The translations under genes were made by a program, and so were the position numbers. 35,619 bases of DNA from a virus (taxonomy: Duplodnaviria; Caudoviricetes). Position 1 is the stretch's first letter, and each line of letters opens with the position of its first letter. The DNA is taken from IMG/VR virus record IMGVR_UViG_3300016662_000042, positions 1 through 35,619 of that record. One strand, written 5' to 3'. Positions 15,281-24,116 of the stretch are shown here, one piece after another. Below the pieces are notes generated by a model. The model was not told the DNA's origin, ran no database searches, and was given only the letters and a program-made list of their open reading frames with translations.

Positions 15281-16983
15281 TGCTGCTCAACCATCGCGGA
15301 GAGCCGGTCGATACCGGCAGGCTGACGACGGCGCACGAGCGTGCCGAGGCGACGCTCGCGGGCGTGCGCGCGGCGGTGATCGCGCAGGTCTCGCCGGGCC
15401 TGACGCCGGAGCGGCTCGCCGCGATCCTGCGCGAGGCGGAGGACGGCGATCCCGAGCACTATCTCGCGCTGGCAGAGGAGATGGAGGAGCGCGACCTCCA
15501 CTATCAGTCCGTGCTGGGCACCCGAAAGCGCCAGGTGGCGCAGCTCGACGTCACGGTCACGGCCTATTCGGATGATGCAAACGACGCGAAGGCCGCGGCG
15601 CTATGCCAGGAGCTGCTCGACGAGGAGCTCCTGGCCGATGACGTCCTGATCGACATGCTGGATGCCGTCGGCAAGGGCTTCTCGATCTGCAGCATTGCCT
15701 GGGAGACGAGCGCGCGCGAATGGCGGCCGCGAGCGATACAGCGCGTCGAGCCGCGCTTCGTCCGTTTCGATCAGCGCACGCGGTCGATCCCGCTCCTTCG
15801 TACCGAGGCCGGTGACCTGCCGCTCGACCCGTGGTGCTTCATCGACACGCGGATCAAGGCGAAGAGCGGCCTGCCGCTCCGCGGCGGCCTCGCACGCGCT
15901 GCGGCTTGGGGATTTCTGTTCAAGCAGTTCTCGCTGAAGGATTGGGTCGTCTTCAGCGAGGCCTATGGCCAGCCGCTGCGGCTCGGCAAGTACCACGCCG
16001 GCGCGACCGACAGCGAGAAGCGCTCGCTCCTTCGGGCCGTGGCGTCGATCGGCAGCGACCGCGCCGCCATCATCCCGGATGCTATGATCCTCGAGTTCCT
16101 CGAGGCGAAAGGCACGACCGCCTCGGCTGATCTCTATGACCGCATGCTCGCCTATCTCGACCGCCAGGTCTCGAAGGCGGTGTTGGGGCAGACGACGACG
16201 ACGGACGCCATCTCGGGCGGGCATGCGGTCTCGAAGGAGCACGACAAGGTTCGCGAGGACATCGAGCGGGCGGACGCGAAGGCGCTCGCGCGCGTCCTGC
16301 GGCGCGACCTGTTCATGCCGTTCGTCGCCCTCAACATGGGCGAAAAGGCCCGCTGCCCCCGGGTCAAGATCGGACGCCCCGAGGAGCAGGACGTCGATCG
16401 CATGATCGATGCCGCGAAGACGTTCGTGCCGATGGGCCTGCGCGTGGCAGCAAAGGACATCTACGCCGCGACCGGCCTCTCGGTGCCCGAGGACGCGGAC
16501 GATCTGCTGACGGCGCCCGGAGGGGCACCTGAGGAGGCCTTGATGCCGGGCGTTGATGGCCCGGACCCCGCCCCCGAAAATCCGCGCGCTGGGCGCCGTT
16601 CGCCCCCCGGGGGGCTATCTCGGGCCGTGCGGGAGGCCAGACCCGGCCCTTACGGCCCTTATTCGCCCTTAAATGCCCTCGATCCTTCGGGCCGCCCGGT
16701 CACGGCCGCGCAGGACGGGCCGGATGGCCCCGAACCCGACCCGATCAGCACGCTCGCCGAGGTTCTCGACGAGCGGACGCGCGCCGCCCAGGACGCGCTG
16801 ATCGACCGCATCCGCGACGTGTTCCTCCAGGCGCAGAGTTTCGAGGAGGCGCGGGGCCGGATCACGCAGCTGCTGCGGCAGCCGGCGGATGCCGCTCTCG
16901 CCGATACACTGCGCGAGGCGATGGTGCTGGCCGAGCTGTTCGGGCGCAGCCGCCTCGAGGAGGGCGGCGATGACGGGGCTTGA
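15274..16983 (+). CDS. Portal protein (Mu gp29, DUF935)
   Basis: EEMEERDLHYQSVLGTRK, YGQPLRLGKY, SKAVLGQTTT motifs; follows the terminase. Confidence 0.92.
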   Translation: MVMLLNHRGEPVDTGRLTTAHERAEATLAGVRAAVIAQVSPGLTPERLAAILREAEDGDPEHYLALAEEMEERDLHYQSVLGTRKRQVAQLDVTVTAYSDDANDAKAAALCQELLDEELLADDVLIDMLDAVGKGFSICSIAWETSAREWRPRAIQRVEPRFVRFDQRTRSIPLLRTEAGDLPLDPWCFIDTRIKAKSGLPLRGGLARAAAWGFLFKQFSLKDWVVFSEAYGQPLRLGKYHAGATDSEKRSLLRAVASIGSDRAAIIPDAMILEFLEAKGTTASADLYDRMLAYLDRQVSKAVLGQTTTTDAISGGHAVSKEHDKVREDIERADAKALARVLRRDLFMPFVALNMGEKARCPRVKIGRPEEQDVDRMIDAAKTFVPMGLRVAAKDIYAATGLSVPEDADDLLTAPGGAPEEALMPGVDGPDPAPENPRAGRRSPPGGLSRAVREARPGPYGPYSPLNALDPSGRPVTAAQDGPDGPEPDPISTLAEVLDERTRAAQDALIDRIRDVFLQAQSFEEARGRITQLLRQPADAALADTLREAMVLAELFGRSRLEEGGDDGA

Positions 16984-18199
16984 GGGGCCGACGTCCGACT
17001 GGCGCAGCGTCCCGTTCGACGAGGCCATCGCGTACTTCCGCGACAAGGTCCGCCTGCCGACGGATGCCTGGACGGATCTCTGGGAGGGGATGCACGCGCG
17101 CGCGTTCGTGGTCGCCGGTGCGCGCAACGACGCGATGCTCGCCGACTTCCAGGACGCGATCGGCCGGGCGCTCCGCGACGGCACGACGCTCGACCAGTTT
17201 CGCAAGGACTTCGATGCGATCGTCGCGCGCTATGGCTGGTCCTACAAAGGCGGCCGCAACTGGCGCAGCCGGGTGATCTTCGAGACCAATCTCAACCAGG
17301 CGCAGAATGCAGGGCGCTGGGCGCAGGCGCAGCGCCTGAAGGATCGCCGCCCCTTTCTGCGCTACGTCCACCGCACGATCGACAACCCGCGGCTCGATCA
17401 CAAGAGCTGGCACAACGTCGTGCTCCCGGTCGATGACCCGTGGTGGGACACGCACATGCCCATGAACGGCTGGGGCTGCAAGTGCATGGTCCAGTCGCTC
17501 TCCGAGGAGGGCGTCGCGCGGCTTCGGCGCGAGGGCGAAAAGATCCAGACGGTGGCGCCGCCGGTCCAGTGGGAAACACGCACCGTCAACACGCCGCGCG
17601 GCCCGCGCAGCGTCCGAACGCCGAAGGGCATCGATCCGGGCTTCGGCGCGAACCCCGGCCGCGCGGCCTTCGGCGGCGCTCCGCGCGGCGCCGACACCTT
17701 CGTGCGGCTCGAGGCGCCGGGAGAGGCGCCATCGCCGCCGCCGCCCCTTGCAGCCCGCCCGCTGATCGGCGCCTTCGCGCCCGACGCACCGCTGCCGACC
17801 GACGCCGCCGGCATGCGCGCTGCATTCACGGCTGCGCTGGGTGGCGAGGAGCGGATCGTGCGTGATCCGTTCGGAAGCGCGATCGCGATCGCGATCAGCA
17901 TCGGCCTGGCCGACGCGCTGCCGGTCGGCTCGCCGCTTGTGCGCCTCTTTCCGCTGCTGCCCGAGCTGGTCGAGGCGGCGGACGAGGTGTGGGCCGGTTT
18001 CTACGCCGCACCCGACGGCCGCGTGATCCTGCGGCGGCGCTTCGTGTCGCTGCGGCTGATCCTCGGCAAAGCGTTCGGCTTCGTGCTCGATGCCGATGCG
18101 CGCCAGCTCGTGCGGTTCACCGCGTATGCGCCGGATGAGGCCTTCTCTGCGGAGCGCGCCGGGCTTCTCCTGCAGCGGCGCCCCGGCCCGGCGGGCTGA
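16970..18199 (+). CDS. MuF/gp30 head morphogenesis protein with C-terminal extension (PBECR-like nuclease fold suspected)
   Basis: PFDEAIAYFRDK, HARAFVVAG, IFETN, PMNGWGCKC; extension with ADEVW...GRVILRRRF...ERAGLLLQRR. Confidence 0.88.
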   Translation: MTGLEGPTSDWRSVPFDEAIAYFRDKVRLPTDAWTDLWEGMHARAFVVAGARNDAMLADFQDAIGRALRDGTTLDQFRKDFDAIVARYGWSYKGGRNWRSRVIFETNLNQAQNAGRWAQAQRLKDRRPFLRYVHRTIDNPRLDHKSWHNVVLPVDDPWWDTHMPMNGWGCKCMVQSLSEEGVARLRREGEKIQTVAPPVQWETRTVNTPRGPRSVRTPKGIDPGFGANPGRAAFGGAPRGADTFVRLEAPGEAPSPPPPLAARPLIGAFAPDAPLPTDAAGMRAAFTAALGGEERIVRDPFGSAIAIAISIGLADALPVGSPLVRLFPLLPELVEAADEVWAGFYAAPDGRVILRRRFVSLRLILGKAFGFVLDADARQLVRFTAYAPDEAFSAERAGLLLQRRPGPAG

Positions 18200-18230
18200 A
18201 GCCCGCCGCATCGCGGCACCAAAGTGAGGC

Positions 18231-18246
18231 GCTGAACGCGTTCAGC
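18231..18246 (+). promoter_or_regulatory. Late-promoter activator box 2 (head operon), GCTGAACGCGTTCAGC
   Basis: Perfect 16-bp palindrome; -10-like CATGGT (18271-18276), then 6 nt to ATG 18283. Confidence 0.78.
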
Positions 18247-18282
18247 CTCTCGACCTGTGCAGGCGCGGGCCATGGTCCGGCC

Positions 18283-19350
18283 ATGACCACGCGACAGCTC
18301 ATCGCGACAGCCTCCTTTGCGCCTGCGCTCACCGCCGCGGCGACGCCGCCCGCGTGGATCCAGCTGTTGCCGCCCGCGGGCGCGATCGTGGCGCAGGACG
18401 GCCGCCGCTGGACGATGCCGGACCCAGAGGCCGTGATCGCGGCCTCGCGCGGTGCGCTGCCGATGCCGATCGACTTCGACCACGCCTACGACCCGCTCGA
18501 CCCGAAAGCAGAGCGGCCAGCGGGCCCGGCGGCCGGCTGGGTCGAAGAGCTCGCGGCGCGCGGGCCGGACGGCGAGCCAGGCCTGTGGGCGCGCGTCGCC
18601 TGGTCGACACGCGGCGCCGCCGCCATCACCGGCCTCGAGTACCGCCACATCAGCCCCGTGTTCGTCCACGCGCCGGACCCCGGGAAAACCATCGGCCGCG
18701 TCCTTCGCGCGGCCCTCACGAACCTGCCGGCGATCGGTGAGCTGAAGGCGCTCGCCCAGGCGCTCACCCAGGTGCAACCCCAGGAGCAAGACATGTCACT
18801 GAAGGCGATCGCCGCGGCGCTCGGGCTGCCCGAGACCGCGGACGAGGCCGCGATCCTCGCGGCCATCAAGACGAAGGACGATGCCGCAAAGGCCACGGCG
18901 TCCACGCTGTCGGCTGTCGCGAAGGCGGTCGGCGAGGAGTCCGCCGAGGGTGCCGCGCTCGTCACGGCGGTCGCCTCGCGCGTCGCCGCCGCGGCGAAGC
19001 CCGACGCCACCGCGCAGGCGACGATCGACACGCTGCAGAAGCAGGTCGCGTCGCTGCAGGCCGAGCGCGCCACCGAGAAGGCAACGGCGGCCGTCGACGC
19101 GGCCATCGCCGAAGGCCGCCTGACGCCGGCGCAGCGTGGCTGGGCGCTCGATTACTGCGCGCGTGACGCGAAGGGCTTCGAGGCCTTCATCGCAGGCCAG
19201 CCCAAGCTGATCCGCAGCGGCGCCGATACCGCCGCCGCGGCGCCTGCCGACGGCGCGCTGAGCCCTGAGGAGAAGGCGATCTGCGCCCAGCTGGGCCTGA
19301 AAGAGGACGACTACAAGGCGACGCTGGCGTCGCAGAAGAAGGCGGTCTGA
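18283..19350 (+). CDS. Mu gpI-like prohead protease/scaffold
   Basis: WIQLLP, PIDFDHA, PAAGWV, EYRHISPVF, AALTNLPAI; Ala-rich scaffold C-half. Confidence 0.92.
   Translation: MTTRQLIATASFAPALTAAATPPAWIQLLPPAGAIVAQDGRRWTMPDPEAVIAASRGALPMPIDFDHAYDPLDPKAERPAGPAAGWVEELAARGPDGEPGLWARVAWSTRGAAAITGLEYRHISPVFVHAPDPGKTIGRVLRAALTNLPAIGELKALAQALTQVQPQEQDMSLKAIAAALGLPETADEAAILAAIKTKDDAAKATASTLSAVAKAVGEESAEGAALVTAVASRVAAAAKPDATAQATIDTLQKQVASLQAERATEKATAAVDAAIAEGRLTPAQRGWALDYCARDAKGFEAFIAGQPKLIRSGADTAAAAPADGALSPEEKAICAQLGLKEDDYKATLASQKKAV
18793..19350 (+). CDS. Scaffold protein (Mu gpZ-like) from an in-frame internal start
   Basis: CAGGAG-CAAGAC-ATG in frame, MSLKAIAAALGLPETADE; same arrangement as Mu I/Z. 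Confidence 0.7.
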   Translation: MSLKAIAAALGLPETADEAAILAAIKTKDDAAKATASTLSAVAKAVGEESAEGAALVTAVASRVAAAAKPDATAQATIDTLQKQVASLQAERATEKATAAVDAAIAEGRLTPAQRGWALDYCARDAKGFEAFIAGQPKLIRSGADTAAAAPADGALSPEEKAICAQLGLKEDDYKATLASQKKAV

Positions 19351-19352
19351 CC

Positions 19353-20192
19353 ATGACGGCTCTGTCGGCTCCCCGCGCCACGCCCCGCCGCCTCGGCGAC
19401 CGGCTGTCGCTTCCTGTCGCCGCCGCGGTCCTCATCTACGACGGCGCGCTCGTGTGCCTCGACGGCAACGGCCGCGCGACCAAGGGTCAGACGGCCACGG
19501 GTCTCCGCGGCATCGGCGTCGCGCGCGAGACCGTCGACAATGCGGCTGGCGCCGCCGGCGCGCGCACCATCGAGATCGAGACCGGCGTCTTCCGGTTCGC
19601 GAACTCGGCATCCGGCGACGCGATCACGGACGCCCATATCGGCCAGCGCTGCTTCGTCGTCGATGACGACCAGGTGGCGCTCACCAATGGCGCCGGCACG
19701 CGGTCGCCCGCGGGTACCATCGTCGACGTCGACGAGGCCGGCGTGTGGGTCTCGCTCGGCGCCTTCGACGCCGCATCGGGCGCGCTGCTCGCCGCGAACA
19801 ACCTCTCCGACGTCGCGGCGGCCGCCACGGCCCGCGCCAACATCGGCGCCCATCGCGGGTTCTTCACCGTGCAGGCCGCCGACCTGCGTGGCGCGCAGAC
19901 GCAGGTCTATCGCTGGGTGGCCCCGATCGCGGGCGTGCTCGTCGATATCCGGAGCGTCCTGAACGGCGCGCTCACGGTGGGCGATGCCACCATCACCGCG
20001 GCGATCAACGGGACGCCTGTGACCGGCGGCGCGCTGACGATCACGCAGGCCGGCTCGGCTGCGGGTGACGTCGATGCCGCCACGCCTTCGGCCGCCAACA
20101 CCTTCGCCGCCGGCGATGTCATCACGTTCACGGTCGGCGGCACGAACACCGCCCAGGTGAGCGCGGGCATCAGCGTCGAATTCACCCACTGA
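19353..20192 (+). CDS. Capsid cement/decoration protein with an extra C-terminal domain
   Basis: N-domain LPVAAAVLIYDGALV...FVVDDDQVA...GVWV lies between protease and capsid; then NNLSDVAAAATARANIG and a beta-rich domain. Confidence 0.7.
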   Translation: MTALSAPRATPRRLGDRLSLPVAAAVLIYDGALVCLDGNGRATKGQTATGLRGIGVARETVDNAAGAAGARTIEIETGVFRFANSASGDAITDAHIGQRCFVVDDDQVALTNGAGTRSPAGTIVDVDEAGVWVSLGAFDAASGALLAANNLSDVAAAATARANIGAHRGFFTVQAADLRGAQTQVYRWVAPIAGVLVDIRSVLNGALTVGDATITAAINGTPVTGGALTITQAGSAAGDVDAATPSAANTFAAGDVITFTVGGTNTAQVSAGISVEFTH

Positions 20193-20203
20193 GGAGCACG
20201 ACG

Positions 20204-21109
20204 ATGGATCTCACCCGCCGCAATCTCGACGCCGCGTTCGTCGGCTTCCAGACAGCCTTCAATCAGGGCCGCTCGCTCTATACGCCGATGTGGAACAGGG
20301 TCGCGATGCGCGTGCCCTCGACCACCTCGGGCGAGCAGTATGACTGGCTGGGCGACATGCCGTCGCTGCGCGAGTGGCTCGGCGACCGCGTCATCCGCCA
20401 GCTGAAGGACCACGGCTTCCGGATCGTCAACAAGAGCTTCGAGGCGACCGTCTCGGTCAAGAAGGAGCGCTTCGAGGACGACGCGATCGGCATCTACGCG
20501 CCGATGTTCCAGGAGCTCGGCCGCTCGGCGACGGTGCATCCCGACCAGCTCGTGTTCTCGCTGCTCGGCCAGGGCTTCACGCAGAACTGCTACGACGGGC
20601 AGTTCTTCTTCGACACGGATCACCCCGTGGAGAATGCCGACGGCACCGTGTCGAGCGTGAGCAACAGTGGCGGCGGCGCGGGCACGGCCTGGTACCTCCT
20701 CGACATGAGCCGTGCGATCAAGCCGCTCATCTACCAGGAGCGGAAGGCGCCGAACCTCGTGCGCAAGGACCAGGAGACGGACGACAACGTCTTCCACGGC
20801 CGCGACCTGCTCTACGGCGTCGACTATCGCGGCAATGTCGGGTTCGGCCTCTGGCAGCTCGCCTATGCGTCGAAGCAGACGCTGAACGCGACGAACTACG
20901 AGGCGGCGCGTGCGGCGATGATGTCGCTCAAGGGCGATAACGGCCTGCCGCTCGGCGTGATGCCGAACCTCCTCGTGGTGCCGCCGTCGCTCGAGGGCCC
21001 GGCGCGCCGGCTCCTGGAGCGTGACGTCGACGCCGCCGGTGCGACGAACGAGTGGAAGGGCACCGCCCAGCTGCTCCTCGCGCCGCTGCTCGGCTTAGGA
21101 GAGCGGTGA
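20204..21109 (+). CDS. Major capsid protein (Mu gpT-like)
   Basis: YDWLGDMPSLREWLGDR, YDGQFFFDTDHPV, KPLIYQER, GFGLWQLAY, LLVVPPSLE. Confidence 0.95.
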   Translation: MDLTRRNLDAAFVGFQTAFNQGRSLYTPMWNRVAMRVPSTTSGEQYDWLGDMPSLREWLGDRVIRQLKDHGFRIVNKSFEATVSVKKERFEDDAIGIYAPMFQELGRSATVHPDQLVFSLLGQGFTQNCYDGQFFFDTDHPVENADGTVSSVSNSGGGAGTAWYLLDMSRAIKPLIYQERKAPNLVRKDQETDDNVFHGRDLLYGVDYRGNVGFGLWQLAYASKQTLNATNYEAARAAMMSLKGDNGLPLGVMPNLLVVPPSLEGPARRLLERDVDAAGATNEWKGTAQLLLAPLLGLGER

Positions 21110-21402
21110 TGGCGAAGGGCAGCAAGAGCACCACCACCGGTCAGGCCGAGGCGGCATCCGCCGCTTCGGCCGAGACGCCGGCCGCCGCCGCGCCTGCCGA
21201 GGCCAACAGCCCGGCCATCGATGTGCGGGCGCGCCAGGCACAGGGTCGCCGCCGCGCGGGTCTCGCCTTCGGGCCGGGCTGGACGCGTTTCGAGGCGGGC
21301 GCTCTGACGCCGGAGGCGTTCGAGGCGATCGCCGCCGATCCGCAGCTCGAGGTCCGCGCGGTCCAAGCGGACGGCGACACCACAACGGCCGGGCGCGCTT
21401 AA
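21109..21402 (+). CDS. Mu gp35-like small head-associated protein
   Basis: GRRRAGLAF...AIAADPQLEV motif; coupled to the capsid gene. Confidence 0.72.
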   Translation: MAKGSKSTTTGQAEAASAASAETPAAAAPAEANSPAIDVRARQAQGRRRAGLAFGPGWTRFEAGALTPEAFEAIAADPQLEVRAVQADGDTTTAGRA

Positions 21403-21406
21403 GCGC

Positions 21407-21516
21407 CTGGGCCACCGAATGTCCCAGAGGGCGGTCTGGTACGGCTCGCGAGGCCCCCAGCGCCGGTAGCGGTCAGGACGGCGACACCCGTCCTGCGGGG
21501 CAAGAGCCCGCCGCCC
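21407..21516 (+). ncRNA. Candidate structured RNA element (hairpin plus multi-stem junction)
   Basis: CTGGG/CCCAG hairpin; GGGCGG/CCGCCC enclosing a C-GCGA-G tetraloop arm, CAGGACGG/CCGTCCTG and GGGC-AAGA-GCCC. Confidence 0.5.
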
Positions 21517-21540
21517 GTCACGGCTTTCAAGGAGCGACCC

Positions 21541-21954
21541 GTGTACTGCACCGAGACGGATCTCGTGAGGCGCTACAGCCAGCAGGAGCTGGATCGCGTC
21601 CTTGCGACCGTGCCGGTGCAGGAGCGCGCCGATACGATCGCGCGCGCGATCGCCGACGCGACCTCCGCGATCAACGATTATGTCGGCCGCCGCTATCCGG
21701 TGCCGCTCGCGCCTGTCCCTCAGAGCATCACGATGCGCGCGTGCGTGATCGCGCGCTATTTCCTGCACCGCGCCGGCGAGGCCGAGCGCATCCGCCAGGA
21801 CTACGAGGACGCGATCGCGTGGCTGCGCGACGTCGCGCGCGGCATCGTCTCGCTCGGCGACACGGCGACACCGCCGCCCGAGGCCGCCGCCGGCCAGCCC
21901 GAGAGCAGCGGTCCCGCGCGCATCTTCTCCCGCGACTCCCTGAGGGGGCTCTGA
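21541..21954 (+). CDS. Mu gp36-like (DUF1320) head-tail adaptor
   Basis: YCTETDL, AIADATSAINDYVGRRYPVPL, IARYFLH, YEDAIAWLRDVARG; RBS AAGGAG. Confidence 0.9.
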   Translation: MYCTETDLVRRYSQQELDRVLATVPVQERADTIARAIADATSAINDYVGRRYPVPLAPVPQSITMRACVIARYFLHRAGEAERIRQDYEDAIAWLRDVARGIVSLGDTATPPPEAAAGQPESSGPARIFSRDSLRGL

Positions 21955-22520
21955 TGGCCGGCGCAGGGATCGTGCTCGCGGTCGATGACGGCGGCCTCAT
22001 CGGGGCCTTCGGCCGGCTGCGTGCGCTCGGCGCGGATCTCCGCCCGACGCTCGACGACATCGGCAAGCAGATGGTCGTCGAGACGCAGCGCAACTTTGAA
22101 CGGCAGCAGACGCCGACGGGGCAGCGCTGGCGCCCGTCGCAGCGCGTGCTCGCGAGCGGTCGCGGCAAGACGCTCCAGCTCTCGGGGCGCCTCATGGCGA
22201 GCATCACGCATCGGGTGATCGACAGCGCGGTCGAGTGGGGCACCAACGTGCTCTATGCCGCAATCCATCAGTTCGGCGGCACGATCCAGCGCGCCGCGCG
22301 CAAACAGACGATCTACCAGCGGCAGGACAAGCGCACGGGCGAGCTGCTGCCGCGCTTCGTGAAGCGCCGCCGCTCGAACTTCGCGCGCGATGTGAACGTC
22401 GCCGCGCACAGCATCACGATCCCGGCGCGGCCCTATCTCGGCGTGACGCCGCAGACGATGGCGATCGTGCAGGGGATCATCACGCGCGACATCGCGCAGG
22501 CCGCGGGAGGTGCCGCATGA
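21954..22520 (+). CDS. Virion morphogenesis protein (Mu gpG/tail completion-like)
   Basis: LQLSGRLMASI, GTNVLYAAIHQFGG, IPARPYLG. Confidence 0.9.
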   Translation: MAGAGIVLAVDDGGLIGAFGRLRALGADLRPTLDDIGKQMVVETQRNFERQQTPTGQRWRPSQRVLASGRGKTLQLSGRLMASITHRVIDSAVEWGTNVLYAAIHQFGGTIQRAARKQTIYQRQDKRTGELLPRFVKRRRSNFARDVNVAAHSITIPARPYLGVTPQTMAIVQGIITRDIAQAAGGAA

Positions 22521-22975
22521 GCGCGCCCGCGTTCGCGAATGCGCTCCGCCTCGCCGCGTCCGTCCAGGCACGCCTCGCCACGGCGCTGGCAGGGACGGTC
22601 GCGCATGTGGGCAATGCGGCCGATCTCGCCGCCGCCGCCGCCGGTCTCATGGGCGACGCGGTCCACGTGTGGGTCGTGCCGCAGGGCGACGAGGCGCAAG
22701 CCTCGGACACCGGCACGATGCAGCTGCGCCAGCCCATGGGCGCGGGCGTGATGACGATCATCGGCGCGCAGCTCGGCGGACCGCAGGGCGCCGAAGCGCT
22801 GGCCGCGCTGACGCCTGTCACGGACGCAGTCGTGGCGAGCCTCCTCGGCTGGGTGCCGGAGGGCTTCCAGACGCCGCTCGAATACCGGTCCGGCCGCCTG
22901 CTCCGCTTCGACCTGGCCTCGCAAGATCTGCTCTGGGGCCTCGCCTGGGAAACCGAGCGCGTGATCCGCGCATGA
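22517..22975 (+). CDS. Tail terminator-like protein (gp37 position)
   Basis: LLGWVP...EYRSGRLL..LLW motif; synteny; ATGA coupling. Confidence 0.68.
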   Translation: MSAPAFANALRLAASVQARLATALAGTVAHVGNAADLAAAAAGLMGDAVHVWVVPQGDEAQASDTGTMQLRQPMGAGVMTIIGAQLGGPQGAEALAALTPVTDAVVASLLGWVPEGFQTPLEYRSGRLLRFDLASQDLLWGLAWETERVIRA

Positions 22976-22986
22976 GGAGTGTACGC

Positions 22987-23157
22987 ATGAGCAACCCCGA
23001 CATCCCCGCCGAGGGCGGCCGATACGTGATCGAGGGCAGCGGCCGCCGCCGCCGCCTGACGCGCGTCGAGGGCGACGAGGCCACGCGCTACGGCGAACCC
23101 GCTCCGGCCACGGCCGACGCGGCCGACGACACCACCACCGAGGAGACCGCCGAATGA
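22987..23157 (+). CDS. Small hypothetical protein before the tail tube
   Basis: RBS GAGGAG; MSNPDIPAEGGRYV...; ATGA coupling to next gene. Confidence 0.6.
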   Translation: MSNPDIPAEGGRYVIEGSGRRRRLTRVEGDEATRYGEPAPATADAADDTTTEETAE

Positions 23158-24083
23158 GCATCTTCCGCCAGGCCGCAGTCCTCGCGGCGATCGAGTCGTC
23201 CTACGGCACCGACGCGACGCCTGCCGCCGCCACGCACGCGATGATGGCAACGCAGCCGCAGATCAGCCCCGTCCAGGGCGATGCGGTGACGCGCGATCGC
23301 GCGCGGCCGGATTTCGGGAAGGACTTCGAGAGCCACGCGAACATCCATGCGCGGCTCAGCTTCTCGGTCGAGCTCGGGCCGTCGCCGGCGGCGGGCTCGG
23401 CACCGGCCTACGGGCCGCTGCTGCGGGCGTGCGGGTTCTCCGAAACGATCCAGGCGGGAGTGAGCGTCACCTACGCGCCGGTCTCGGCGGGCTTCGAGAG
23501 CGCCTCGCTCTACTTCTTCCGGGCGGGCAAGCGCTACATCATGACGGGCGCGCGCGGCCGGACGACGTTCAACGTTCAGGCCGGGCAGCTGCCCTTCATC
23601 GCCTTCGAGTTCCTGGGGCTCGTCGCGAACCCCGAGACGGACGTTGCGGTGGTCACACCGGTGTGGACCAACTTCCGCGATGCGCTGATCGTCAACCGCG
23701 CGAACACGACCTTCGCGCTCGGCGCACTCTCGCCAGTGCTGGACCGCTGGTCGATCAACATCGGGCAAAACCTCCAGTTCACGGATCGCCCAAACCTCGA
23801 CCAGGTGCGGATCGTGGATCGCGATCCGGCCGGCGAGATCGCGTTCGAGCAGATGGCCGCGGCGTCGCTCTCGGCGATCGGGCTCGCGCGGGCGAACACG
23901 CGCTACAACACCGCGCTGACGATCGGCACGCAGGCGGGCGCGCGCGTCCGGCTGAACGCGCCCGCGCTGCAGCTGATCCAGCCGACGGAGGCGAATGCCA
24001 ACGGCATCACGCTCACGCAGGCCACGGCGAAGCCGAAGCGGGCGTCTGCGGCCAACGACGAGTTCACGCTCGTCTTCGACTGA
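23154..24083 (+). CDS. Major tail tube protein (non-contractile tail)
   Basis: AIESSYGTD, PAYGPLLRACG, VTYAPVS, GARG, NDEFTL; 309 aa preceding chaperones and tape measure. Confidence 0.82.
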   Translation: MSIFRQAAVLAAIESSYGTDATPAAATHAMMATQPQISPVQGDAVTRDRARPDFGKDFESHANIHARLSFSVELGPSPAAGSAPAYGPLLRACGFSETIQAGVSVTYAPVSAGFESASLYFFRAGKRYIMTGARGRTTFNVQAGQLPFIAFEFLGLVANPETDVAVVTPVWTNFRDALIVNRANTTFALGALSPVLDRWSINIGQNLQFTDRPNLDQVRIVDRDPAGEIAFEQMAAASLSAIGLARANTRYNTALTIGTQAGARVRLNAPALQLIQPTEANANGITLTQATAKPKRASAANDEFTLVFD

Positions 24084-24116
24084 GGATCAGCCCATTTCGA
24101 CTGAGGATCAGCCCAT
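24075..24116 (+). repeat. Perfect 21-bp tandem duplication TTCGACTGAGGATCAGCCCAT x2
   Basis: Copies at 24075-24095 and 24096-24116 span the tube stop codon and chaperone RBS/start. Confidence 0.95.

Noticed and set aside
24075-24116. Direct repeat as CRISPR array or att site
   Set aside because: Only two abutting copies with no spacer; no cas or integrase gene; Mu-like phages do not use att sites
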